DNA of 64,000 bases from NCBI GenBank assembly GCA_000002435.2, contig CM018791.1; one strand, given 5' to 3'. The notes under the pieces were generated by a model. It was not told where the DNA came from. It made no database searches and saw only the letters and a list, made by a program, of their open reading frames with translations. The position numbers and the translations under genes were made by a program. This document shows, piece by piece, positions 49,866 to 59,237 of the stretch. Within the stretch, counting starts at the first letter, position 1, and every line of letters starts with the position of its first letter. The DNA comes from Giardia intestinalis. Lineage: Eukaryota.

Positions 49866-51542
49866 TCATTTAGTGGGCTTCCTTACAGAGGTCTTTTGCT
49901 CCCCGTCTTTCTTGATCGGCGCCAGCGCCTGGGGCTTAACGCGAGAGCCAGAAAGTGGGGCCAGGGCACCAGCCGAGCCAGGAGCCTTTGCGCTTCCAAG
50001 GCGCTCCTGTGGCTTACTGCGCAGTCCCTTGTCTCCGGAAAGAGAAGACGTCGAGCTTGTCTGACTGTTTGCGGGGATGGTCATTTTGGTGAGGTTCTTT
50101 GCACTAGCACCTGTTCCAGTCTGGCCGTTCGGGAGCTCCGGCTTAGCCAAGCCAGCAGCAGCCTTGGGCTTATCTGGCATCGAATGCGTTGGTCGTCCCA
50201 CCGGCTGTTTTTCAGGAGCAGGGCGGATCGTGTTCTTTAAGGATGGTTTCGTGGCTTGCTTTGCCGATTGTGTAGTGGCAAGAGGAGCAGCTGGCTCTGG
50301 TGCCTCGGTTGGGTCAGGTATGTTGGCCATCCAAATGCCATATCCGGCGCCGCCATATGCAACGTAGCGCGTGTCAGGAGACATCGCGGTGGCAAACCCG
50401 CTCTTTGGAAGGCGCACACCCCCTAAGACTTCACCTGTTTTATAATCCAGCACCTTTGCCTCGTTCGCCCCACTGCCACATGCAGATACCAGAGGGATAG
50501 CAGGGTTTTTGGACACACTAACAGAGTAGATAAGGGTGGTCTCTAAGGTGTTGGCTACTAGTTTGGACTTCCACGGCGCTTCAGTGCCGCTAGTGTCTAA
50601 CATAAGCTCCATGCCAATCTTTGCAGCTTTTCGCTCTAGCTCCCTATCTGCATCACTGTCGCTGCCCGATTGCTCATCTTCTAGTGCAGCAACTTGATCT
50701 GTATATGCTGCAATGCGCTCTGCCCGGAGCTTGTTCTTTGCTTCCTCTTTGCAGTCGTCCAGGTAAGCGTCGATTGCAACCTGGTACTCCTCTACACTAG
50801 CAGCAGGAGGAACGTGCTTTGACCAGTCATAGATTGCAAGGGTATCACGAGTGCGCAGATCGTAGACATGAATTTGATCTGTCCCCTTCCATGACCCCAC
50901 AACTAAGTAGCTCCCCACGGTGTCCAGAGACTCCCCGCACACATTGGGGCCATAGTAGGACCAAACAGAGTGGCCAACGCGGATGTCCCAGATCTGAATA
51001 GTGTTGTCCCAGCCACCAGATGCGATTATATTGGCATCGTCTGCTCTATAACGGGCTGAAAATATCCGGTTCGCATGACCAGAAGTCGTCTCCTCATTTC
51101 CATGTCGCAAGGAGCACAAGAGCTGGTTGGTACTCTCGTCGTAACAGCGGATCACCATGTCCTTGCCGGCCGTCAGAAAGGACGTTCCATCAGGACTAAA
51201 TGTACAGGTGTATAGCTCATTGTTGTCCTCGGTGAACGTATGTAACATTGACCCTCGGGAGACGTGCCAATGACACACTTGACCAACTGACGACACGCTC
51301 AACAGAAGAGGAACGGAGCCTGCGCTAGTGACGTTGCAGAACGAGAGAGATGGAATGGGGTGCTGGCTGCTGTGCTGCAGCTTGTGAAGTCTCCGCCCGG
51401 AGGCCGGGTTGTAGAGACGAGCAGTCCCATCGCCGTACCCAGCTGCGAGAACAGCGCCGTCAGCAGAGAACTCTAGCTTGTAAATATCCAGGGGGTCGTC
51501 ACGGATCTCCGGCCGGAGCTTGAAAGGAGGACAGGCTTTCAT
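49866..51542 (-). CDS. WD40-repeat protein with a basic Pro/Ala/Lys-rich C-terminal tail.
   Basis: Multiple WD-like repeats (GDGTARLYN, GQVCHWHV, GKDMVIRCYD, GGWDNTIQIWDIR, GSWKGTDQIHVYDLR). A short acidic coiled-coil linker follows, then the K/P/A-rich tail. Real ATG at 51542. Confidence 0.65.
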   Translation of the reverse strand: MKACPPFKLRPEIRDDPLDIYKLEFSADGAVLAAGYGDGTARLYNPASGRRLHKLQHSSQHPIPSLSFCNVTSAGSVPLLLSVSSVGQVCHWHVSRGSMLHTFTEDNNELYTCTFSPDGTSFLTAGKDMVIRCYDESTNQLLCSLRHGNEETTSGHANRIFSARYRADDANIIASGGWDNTIQIWDIRVGHSVWSYYGPNVCGESLDTVGSYLVVGSWKGTDQIHVYDLRTRDTLAIYDWSKHVPPAASVEEYQVAIDAYLDDCKEEAKNKLRAERIAAYTDQVAALEDEQSGSDSDADRELERKAAKIGMELMLDTSGTEAPWKSKLVANTLETTLIYSVSVSKNPAIPLVSACGSGANEAKVLDYKTGEVLGGVRLPKSGFATAMSPDTRYVAYGGAGYGIWMANIPDPTEAPEPAAPLATTQSAKQATKPSLKNTIRPAPEKQPVGRPTHSMPDKPKAAAGLAKPELPNGQTGTGASAKNLTKMTIPANSQTSSTSSLSGDKGLRSKPQERLGSAKAPGSAGALAPLSGSRVKPQALAPIKKDGEQKTSVRKPTK

Positions 51543-53267
51543 TAGAAGTGCTTCGCCTGACGGTTATAATAGCAATTTCCATTAAAATATATGGTTAACA
51601 TGTACACTACTTCCTCTGCCAAGGTAGCCCTTCCCAATGGCAACACACCCCAGCAAATGGGCAGTCTGACTGTTCAACAAACATTGCTGTAAGAACACTA
51701 CGATCGTGTAATAACTGTCAATCCTACTGTAACTTTTGATATGTACTAGATTGGTCTCGCATAAATTAAAATTTACTAGCCCGTGATAGGATGAAACCGG
51801 TGCTAGCATATGCACCCACGTAGAGTCGTAAGCAAGCAATCTTGAAGGAAATCCATTCTATGGCCATCAGAGAACGCTGCTCCAGAAAGCAAAGCAGGGG
51901 CGAGACAACTGATCTTTGAGTGGAAACAATGCATCAATTGAAGAGACCGTGAAGCAGGCATTCAGTGCTAGGGACATGTTAGTCAATTCTGGTCTGATGA
52001 CACAAAGTCTGCTACCGATCGAGTGAGATAGCCCTTCCTCGGCCAAAACGATGCATATAGCAGTAACCCTTGCTTTGTCTGCCATAAGAAACTCGCCTCT
52101 ATAAGATGTGGCGCACAAGGAAGGCAAGTTGCCTCCAAAAACTTGTTCCATAGTCATCGAGCCACGTACCCCCTAGCTGAACGGCAATTCATGGGAATGT
52201 CCGGCAAAAGAGCCCCATATATCGCCGAAAGCGTAGAGAAACAGCGTGTAGTACTCCAAAAGATAAAACAGATCCGTCGCGTCTCGTAGGCGTGGCACAG
52301 AATAAAAGCGTGCAGCCAGGGAACAAGTGCAGAGCGAAATAAGCATTGCTAAGCGTTTAGAGCTGCAATGCAGTGAAACAAAAGCATAGAATCGTGGAGC
52401 TGTAGTGAGAAGTGGGCAGTCGCATCCTTGTGGAAGACGCCGAGCCACACAAGCCCCACGCCATGTAGCAGTGCATCAAAGGGGGTGCAGTATGTGCTAA
52501 TTTTCAAAGAAGGACATGTAAACACTCCTCCACCACAATTATAATAAAAAGCGAGCTACTTGGAGTCGTGTCGTCACTCACTTGTACCTGGAACCTGCAC
52601 GCCTGCTCATAACTGTGCCGCGCACACTCAGCTGGGCAATCTGTGCACTGTCTGGAGCTATTGTGATAGGTGACAGCCCCTTCTCAAGTCCGCTTGGGGC
52701 CATGGGTGGACGCCAACCGAAAGATCCTGGGCTGTAGAGCCCCGGGCTGCGAGATACCATTCCTATATGCTGGAAATACGTACGTACAGCTGCTCTGCCT
52801 CAGAGTAGCCTCGGAAACGGCCGATTTGTGCAACTTGCCATGAAAACTGGATTTCAGGTCAAACGCAAATCAATTTCGAAAGAGCCATCACTTTTACCAA
52901 AAGAAATAAGACGGCGGTACACATGCCACAGCATGGTGCCAGGTGCCATCAACCCTCAATAGAACCTTACTGTAAGCCCCCGCTATTTTACTGTAAGCTG
53001 GACAAATGATTTTGACAAGGACAATTATCGCGAACCGCAGGATATGGGCCGCTGCAGATGGCAATGAATGTAAACTAACAGAGTTGTAAACAGTGTTTGG
53101 TCCCGCCTAGGTCATGGGATGAAAGGGCGGTCAACTTTGTCTCTGCAGGACAGAGGCGCTCCGCAAGAAGCCATGTGACACATACTAAAGAACAACACGA
53201 TCATGTTAGAAAGCTAATAATACAGGTGAGTTACATGAAAATTAAATGTCCAGTAAGCTGTAAAAAA

Positions 53268-54242
53268 ATGGATCTGCTCAATACGTATAGCCCGAAGCAT
53301 CTCTCTATCTTGTCGGCCGTCGCCGCGCACGTAAAAGAGGTTCTGTTTCTTCCGTCTACAGTGGAAGAGCTGCTTGAAAACCTAGAGTACCTGCACAAGT
53401 GTGTCAGCAAGGTTCGGGTCAAGTGGCAGGCAATATCAAAGGACATCGGTATCACAGGACGGGAAGCATATAGATGGTATAACGAGGTGCACGTCCGTAA
53501 GCTGTTTCGCGGTATCATGACCCCCGAGGACCGCCAAGCCCTCCAAGGGATTATTCTACAAGGAATTTATGACAGAAGCATCCTTCTGCCTAACTTTCGG
53601 AAGGTTGCTCGGTCTAAGCTGTGTGCTGATTACCCTCTCCAGATCTTCACAATGACATACAATAACCTTTTGCGGTCGAAGACTGTGCGAGAGGCTCTGA
53701 TCTACGAGAGGGTGCTGCTCCCGATGCGCTCGGCTCCCTCCAGGCCGTCCAGGCAGCCCGCCCCCGAGGTGTCTGGGCCCGCTCCGGTTAGCCAGGTCGC
53801 CATGGAACCCCCTCCGTATTTTCCACGATTTCCCTCTGTGGCTCCCCCGCCCCAGATGGTTCCACCTTACATGGCTCCTCCACCCCACATGCGCCATCCA
53901 TTTTTCGGTATAGAGTCCCACCAGGCCCAAAGCTGGCCAAATCCTTTTGCTTGTAGCGTTCCACTGGATAGAGTTTATCCCTACTCCTATCCCTATCCAT
54001 ACTCGGGTGAGTACGCGCACAATTTCGCTCCCGATGCGCCTCTCCCTGGTATGAGAGACGCCCCCATGGGCAACTCGGGATTGTACCTGAGTACTGCCCC
54101 GGACATGAATTCGTCTTGTTCTGGTCACTCGTTTTTCGACGAGATAGCCAATAAAAGTGATAGCAATCAGGTTCTATTGGCTTCTAGCGTGGCCCAAGGA
54201 GACTATTCTTCTGGTTCGAGCTACGATCATATGCATGTATAG
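53268..54242 (+). CDS. Diverged paralog of the inverted-repeat-borne Myb/SANT-like protein, with a Pro-rich tail.
   Basis: Aligns with the 269-aa arm protein over about 170 aa (VKWQAISKDIGITGREAYRWYNEVH...MTPEDRQALQGIILQGIYDRSILLPNF...YPLQIFTMTYNNLLRSKTVREALIYERVLLP). The C-terminus is P-rich (PPYFPRFPSVAPPPQMVPPYMAPPPHM). The track ORF starts further upstream at 53097; ATG 53268 has gtaagctgtaaaaaa upstream. ATG 53235 is an alternative. Confidence 0.55.
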   Translation: MDLLNTYSPKHLSILSAVAAHVKEVLFLPSTVEELLENLEYLHKCVSKVRVKWQAISKDIGITGREAYRWYNEVHVRKLFRGIMTPEDRQALQGIILQGIYDRSILLPNFRKVARSKLCADYPLQIFTMTYNNLLRSKTVREALIYERVLLPMRSAPSRPSRQPAPEVSGPAPVSQVAMEPPPYFPRFPSVAPPPQMVPPYMAPPPHMRHPFFGIESHQAQSWPNPFACSVPLDRVYPYSYPYPYSGEYAHNFAPDAPLPGMRDAPMGNSGLYLSTAPDMNSSCSGHSFFDEIANKSDSNQVLLASSVAQGDYSSGSSYDHMHV

Positions 54243-54278
54243 GTTAGATTATAAATTCTTCAAGAGTAAATAGTCGTT

Positions 54279-55229
54279 ATGGACTCGCTTCTGGCGGCAA
54301 TAGCAAGCCTGCGCGAGAACCCGGGAGCGAGGGGGGTGCAGACCGATAACGTTATCCTACAGGACCGGGCTCAGGGGCTGACCACGGTTGTCCTGCGGCG
54401 CAGAGAGGCCTTAGAGTCGAAGGTTAAGAGTCTCAAGTCTCAGACACCAGATGCACTGGGATCGCCAGACCCAGCTGACCAGCTTGTGATGGCGCCACAC
54501 AATGGCCTTATACTCATCAGGAACAGATTCAACATTATGGATGTACATCTACTCCTCTGCGCTGCAGAATTCGTCCATCAACTACAGCCTCTGGTGCTGA
54601 GTGACATGGAAGTAGTGCAGCCTCTTCTAGGGCGCGGAATTTTGGCTGCGTACAATGCCGGCAAGCTATCAGGGGCCAGTCAGCCCCGCAAACACATCCA
54701 ATTGATAGGGCTTCCTTTCCTCTCCAAGAATGAGTGGAATGTCTTTCCACTGAGGGCCCTTGTAGAACGTGAGCTTTCAGACCCAGATAGATGTGATGAA
54801 CCAGCTCAACTTTCCGTGTTTGCTGGGCGGAACCACGGGGTGATTCGCTTCAAAAGACCTCCATCACCAGCGAAGCTATATGCGCATTACACCAAGCTCC
54901 TAGAATATTGCAATGCTGGTGATCTTATCACCGTCAACAAGCACGAACTCGGCCTAGGCTTCGACAGGCCCTCGGCCAGTGCGCCTGAAGATGCTAGTGA
55001 TGAGTGCATGGTACAGGTTTATCGCCGCGATTTTTCATTGCTCATTGCTGAGGAGTTCATCTTCATAGGTGTGCGCGAAACTGAAAAGCCCTTTGAAATA
55101 GGGTGTAACAGCATAAGCTACACAGGAAACCTGTTTGTTAGCAGTGATGATCAGGAGCGGACAGTCGCTGAGGTGGGGCCGTTTGCTGTGCTGGCTGCGG
55201 GTCTGGAAGAACTTCCGCCTAAAAAATAA
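54279..55229 (+). CDS. Hypothetical protein (316 aa).
   Basis: Clean ORF with a real ATG. Its TAA stop overlaps the ATG of the next alpha-giardin by one base (taATG). Confidence 0.45.
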   Translation: MDSLLAAIASLRENPGARGVQTDNVILQDRAQGLTTVVLRRREALESKVKSLKSQTPDALGSPDPADQLVMAPHNGLILIRNRFNIMDVHLLLCAAEFVHQLQPLVLSDMEVVQPLLGRGILAAYNAGKLSGASQPRKHIQLIGLPFLSKNEWNVFPLRALVERELSDPDRCDEPAQLSVFAGRNHGVIRFKRPPSPAKLYAHYTKLLEYCNAGDLITVNKHELGLGFDRPSASAPEDASDECMVQVYRRDFSLLIAEEFIFIGVRETEKPFEIGCNSISYTGNLFVSSDDQERTVAEVGPFAVLAAGLEELPPKK

Positions 55230-56119
55230 TGTCTGCCACGGTATCCACAGTGTCCGCGGATCTTCACAAAGCAATAGATGCTGGAGACGAGGACAAGATA
55301 ACCAAGATTACTGCGTCGTATGGATCTGAGCAGCGCGATAAGATCATTCCAGCCTATCACGCAAACTATGGCATCCCTCCCTCGGAAGCCATCCGCAAAG
55401 CGTTTAAGACAGGCTTCTATGAAACAATGATTGTGCACGCGTGGACTTCACGCTTTGAGCTCCGGGCGAAATTGATTCACGAGTCTATTAAAGGGAAGAT
55501 AGATGTGATAACACTACTGGATCTGGTTATAGCTTGCATGCCTGACGACTGGTACGGCACGAAGGTCTGTTACACAAAGCTCTATGGACGCGAACTTGTT
55601 AGAGAAATAGACGAAGTGATAGGGGTGGGTACTCCTTGGCAGAGTCTTGTTTCTGGCTGGGTCAAGCATGATAGAAAGTATCGCAAGTCAATAAAGAGTG
55701 ATGCGGAGGCGTTTCGAATGGCGCTAGACAGTGACAACTACGAAGTCCTCGGAAGTATGCTTGCGACAAGTGTCCCAGATGAATGGATGCGGATTGCCGC
55801 TGCATACGAAGAGACCACTGGGATGCCTATTGACCAGGCGATTGCATCCCGGTACGTGAAGGTGGACCAGACGGCCTTAATTCTAGCACACCACTGGCTT
55901 TGCGACCCGGGCCAGGCGGCTGCGTATATCTGCTCTCAGTGTTGCGCTGAGCGCAAAGGCAACTACGCACGGATTTGTCGCTTCACCTCCATGATGTACG
56001 ACCATTGCCTGAAGTGCAAGTACGCCTACAGGGCGTATGGGTCCCTCGCAATGGATATTCGGAAATGCTTCGAGCCTAAGCTAGCAAAGCATCTGCTAGT
56101 CTTTTGGCGCGTGGAGTAG
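55229..56119 (+). CDS. Alpha-giardin (annexin-like), first gene of the tandem array.
   Basis: 296 aa. Annexin-like repeats. C-terminal signature ICRFTSMMYDHCLKCKYAYRAYGSLAMDI...VFWRVE. ATG in the aaaaaataATG context. Confidence 0.8.
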   Translation: MSATVSTVSADLHKAIDAGDEDKITKITASYGSEQRDKIIPAYHANYGIPPSEAIRKAFKTGFYETMIVHAWTSRFELRAKLIHESIKGKIDVITLLDLVIACMPDDWYGTKVCYTKLYGRELVREIDEVIGVGTPWQSLVSGWVKHDRKYRKSIKSDAEAFRMALDSDNYEVLGSMLATSVPDEWMRIAAAYEETTGMPIDQAIASRYVKVDQTALILAHHWLCDPGQAAAYICSQCCAERKGNYARICRFTSMMYDHCLKCKYAYRAYGSLAMDIRKCFEPKLAKHLLVFWRVE

Positions 56120-56226
56120 TCTAGAGTTTGCGCATCTCATGAGTAAAGGCATGGTCTACTTGCAGTTTGAAACACGGTCATAATACTTTGGATAATTTGG
56201 CAGGCATCCAAAAAATAAAACCGCAA

Positions 56227-57120
56227 ATGGTCACCACGGTCCAAGATCTTGCAGAGCAGCTGAGGCAGGCTGTCGAAAGTTCCAATGAGCAGATGATAGC
56301 AGGACTGGCTAGCGCATACAGCGGTAAAGAACGAGAGAAGGTTCTGAGGGCGTATCTGAGCGCAACAGGTACCACTGCTGCCGACGCTATTCGTAAGGCC
56401 CTCAAGAACGGCCCCACCGAGAACTTGCTCGCCTATCTTTGGGATAAGCCCGGAGATGTGCGTGCCAAACTTATCCGCAACGCGCTTTCGGGGAAGAACG
56501 ACGAAGCTGCCCTTATTGACCTTGTTATCCACTGCAGTTCTGAGGATTGGTACAATACATGCACGGAGTATACAACAGATTACAAAAGGGTTCTCAACGA
56601 CGACCTTCTTTCAGACATAGGGACAAAGGAGCAGTGGACAAAGGTTTTCAAGCACTGGATCCTCCACAAGAGGTCTGACCGCTTCGACATCGATGGAGAT
56701 GAGAAGCGCCTGGTCACAGCCATCGGCAAGAAGGACTACGACACCATTGCAGAGATGCTAGGAACCACATCGGTCAGCGAGTACGCAAACATAGTCAGGA
56801 GAGCTGAGGTAACCTTGGGCAAAACCATAGACCAGGCCCTCTCTGCGGTCTGGTCTAAGCAAGACTTGGCAGTGCTTCTAGCCGCGCACTACGAGCTCCT
56901 CCACCCGGCGCGTCTAGCCTTCCACTTGCTTAAGCAGGCGCTCGACGGCAAAAAGCCCGATGAGGCGCGCATCATACGCATCACGGCCCTTACTTTCGAC
57001 ACCTGCCTTGCGGTGAAGTATGCAGCATCCGAGGCTGGCTACGACATTGGTTCTGCATTCGCTAAGGCCCTAGATAAGCGTCTCGCTCCCCTGATTAAAA
57101 TCCTCTGGCGTGTTATGTAA
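56227..57120 (+). CDS. Alpha-giardin, second gene of the array.
   Basis: 297 aa from the first ATG (the track start at 56167 is a TTG codon). C-terminal signature IRITALTFDTCLAVKYAASEAGYDI...LWRVM. Upstream ccaaaaaataaaaccgcaa ATG. Confidence 0.8.
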   Translation: MVTTVQDLAEQLRQAVESSNEQMIAGLASAYSGKEREKVLRAYLSATGTTAADAIRKALKNGPTENLLAYLWDKPGDVRAKLIRNALSGKNDEAALIDLVIHCSSEDWYNTCTEYTTDYKRVLNDDLLSDIGTKEQWTKVFKHWILHKRSDRFDIDGDEKRLVTAIGKKDYDTIAEMLGTTSVSEYANIVRRAEVTLGKTIDQALSAVWSKQDLAVLLAAHYELLHPARLAFHLLKQALDGKKPDEARIIRITALTFDTCLAVKYAASEAGYDIGSAFAKALDKRLAPLIKILWRVM

Positions 57121-57318
57121 AGGCGGCTATTACGCTTTCGAGTAAACGATCTCCAGTTGTGTGAGCCAAAGGAGAAACAGTGGCCGGCTCCCTCTTTTTG
57201 TTTTCTGGCCCAGGTTCTCTAGGAGCCCATCTACGGTTTACCTGGGCTCGTATGAAGCCCTGTAAACCTTCGAACCCTTCGCATCAGTTGGTAGAGGTCT
57301 CAGGGGCAGGAAAAAATA

Positions 57319-58227
57319 ATGACGTCCACTGTTGCTCAGATATGCTCGGATCTCAAGGGGGCTATCGACAAAAAAGACGAGCTTCGAATTGCCTTCATTG
57401 CCTCTGAATATTCGTCGCCGAGTCGTCTTAAAATCGCGCAGAGCTATGAAGCAACCTACAAAACCCCGATCACTGAAGCCATCAAAAAGTCCCTGAAAGG
57501 AGGAACTGCCGAGGATTTACTGGTGAATATGTGGGTCAGTAGACATGAGCATCGCGCAGAGCTGATAAATAAAGCCCTAGGCGGTTCCAGCGACGAAGAG
57601 GCGATTCGCGAACTGGTGTTTCTCTGCAATCCTGAAGATTGGCACGAGACCGCGTCTGTTTATAACCAAAAGTATCAGAAGATCATGCAGGACGCCGTCA
57701 CAAAGGCGATTGGAAGCAAAAGTCATTGGGCAAAGCTTGTGGCAGGTTGGATGGAACACAAACGTGAAGATAGGGGGTCGGTTGAAAACGATGTCAAGTA
57801 TTTGAAGGAGCTCATAGACGCACCCGTGACGGACGGAAATGCGTTAGCGCAATTCTTTGCCAGCACAACCCCTGATGAGTACACTCAGATAGCAGACAAG
57901 TTTTGCGAAGAATATAATTTAAGCATTGATCAGGCTCTTGTGAGGCCGCTAAAGGAGAACGAAGACGATCTGGAGGCATATGCTGCTGCCCACTTTGCGC
58001 TCCACGGGCTTCCCGTCTTGGCGGCCCAACTCATCAACAAAGCATGCAGACCCAAGAACGGAAACGAGCGAAGTATCTGCAGAATAACAACCCTCATGGT
58101 TGATCAGTGCTTGGCGGCAAAGTATGCGTATAAACTCTATGGAGACATGGGGGCAGACCTGTCTCGCTGCTTTGACGAGCGAATGGCCCCTATTTTGCGC
58201 ACGCTATGGCGCGTCACAGATGCATAG
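57319..58227 (+). CDS. Alpha-giardin, third gene of the array.
   Basis: 302 aa. Signature CRITTLMVDQCLAAKYAYKLYGDMGADL...LWRVTDA. ATG in the ggaaaaaataATG context. Confidence 0.8.
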   Translation: MTSTVAQICSDLKGAIDKKDELRIAFIASEYSSPSRLKIAQSYEATYKTPITEAIKKSLKGGTAEDLLVNMWVSRHEHRAELINKALGGSSDEEAIRELVFLCNPEDWHETASVYNQKYQKIMQDAVTKAIGSKSHWAKLVAGWMEHKREDRGSVENDVKYLKELIDAPVTDGNALAQFFASTTPDEYTQIADKFCEEYNLSIDQALVRPLKENEDDLEAYAAAHFALHGLPVLAAQLINKACRPKNGNERSICRITTLMVDQCLAAKYAYKLYGDMGADLSRCFDERMAPILRTLWRVTDA

Positions 58228-58296
58228 GATAAGCGAACTCATGATGGAAATTCAAATTACCTTAAAATATATTTTCTGAGCGCTTACATTTAGAAA

Positions 58297-59187
58297 ATGC
58301 CGAAGCTATCCCAGATCGTCGCTGACATGAAGCAGGCCATCGATGCCAAGGACGAGGCCCAGATCGCGTTCATAGCGTCGGAATACTCTGCAGATGCGCG
58401 TCAGAGGATTGCGCAGGGGTACAGGGACCAATACGGCAAGGAGCTCCCCGACGACATCAAGAAGGCGCTCAAGGGCGGCTCCGAGGAGAGCCTCCTGATG
58501 GATCTCTTCAGCGATCGTCACGAGGTCCGCGCCCAGCACATCCGCGACGCGCTTTCCGGCAAGAACGACCACATGGCCTTCTTCGACACAGTCATTCTGT
58601 GCACCCCCGAAGACTGGCACGAGACCGTCGCCGCCTACACGAGGATGTTCAAGAAGCCCCTCGTCGAGGACTTCATGAAGGATGTCGGCCGCAAGGAGAA
58701 TTGGTGTCTTTTCATGGAGAAGTGGATGGCTCACGAGCGCACTAGCCGTGAAGGCAGCCCTGACGAGGAAGCAGAGAAACTGAACAAGGCGTTCAGTGAG
58801 AGCGACCACGACTACATTTCCAGCTTCATGGCTGGGGTGCCTCCCGAAGAATACAAGTCCATCAACACCAGCTTCAAGAGCCTTACAGGAAAGGGCATCG
58901 ACCAGGCCTTCGCCACCATCTATACGGGGACTGACTACTACTCCCTGTACTGCGCCCACTTTGCTCTTCTTGGCATGCACAAGCTTGCCGCCTACCTGGT
59001 CAACTGCGCCTGCAACGATAAGGGCGACGAGAAGCGCATGAGGAGGATCACGGGCATGATGGTCGACAAGTGCTTGGCTGCAAAGTATGCCTACAAGACC
59101 TACGGGAGTATGAAAGCCGACGTCGAAAGGTGCTTTGATAAGCGCATGGCTCCGATCCTCTGTACCCTCTGGCGCCTAAGGGAGTGA
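58297..59187 (+). CDS. Alpha-1-giardin-like, fourth gene of the array.
   Basis: 296 aa. The N-terminus (QIAFIASEYS...ELPDDIKKALKGGSEESLLMDLFSDRHEVRAQHIRDALSG) and C-terminus (RRITGMMVDKCLAAKYAYKTYG) match what I remember of alpha-1/alpha-2 giardin. The alpha-1 assignment rests on memory, not on a search. Confidence 0.8.
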   Translation: MPKLSQIVADMKQAIDAKDEAQIAFIASEYSADARQRIAQGYRDQYGKELPDDIKKALKGGSEESLLMDLFSDRHEVRAQHIRDALSGKNDHMAFFDTVILCTPEDWHETVAAYTRMFKKPLVEDFMKDVGRKENWCLFMEKWMAHERTSREGSPDEEAEKLNKAFSESDHDYISSFMAGVPPEEYKSINTSFKSLTGKGIDQAFATIYTGTDYYSLYCAHFALLGMHKLAAYLVNCACNDKGDEKRMRRITGMMVDKCLAAKYAYKTYGSMKADVERCFDKRMAPILCTLWRLRE

Positions 59188-59216
59188 GCGCCTTTACTGC
59201 GGGGTTTCCTTTCGCT

Positions 59217-59223
59217 AGTGAAT
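59217..59223 (+). terminator. AGTGAAT (AGTRAAY) polyadenylation signal about 30 nt after the alpha-1-giardin stop.
   Basis: tga gcgcctttactgcggggtttcctttcgct AGTGAAT. Confidence 0.5.
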
Positions 59224-59237
59224 TGCCTAGCGGGTGT

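Noticed and set aside
53060-53100. A Giardia intron branch/acceptor-like motif (aactaacagag) upstream of the Myb-like paralog.
   Set aside because: It is not an exact match to the fused branch-point/3' splice-site consensus, and no GTATGT donor sits at a sensible distance. The gene reads through without needing an intron.
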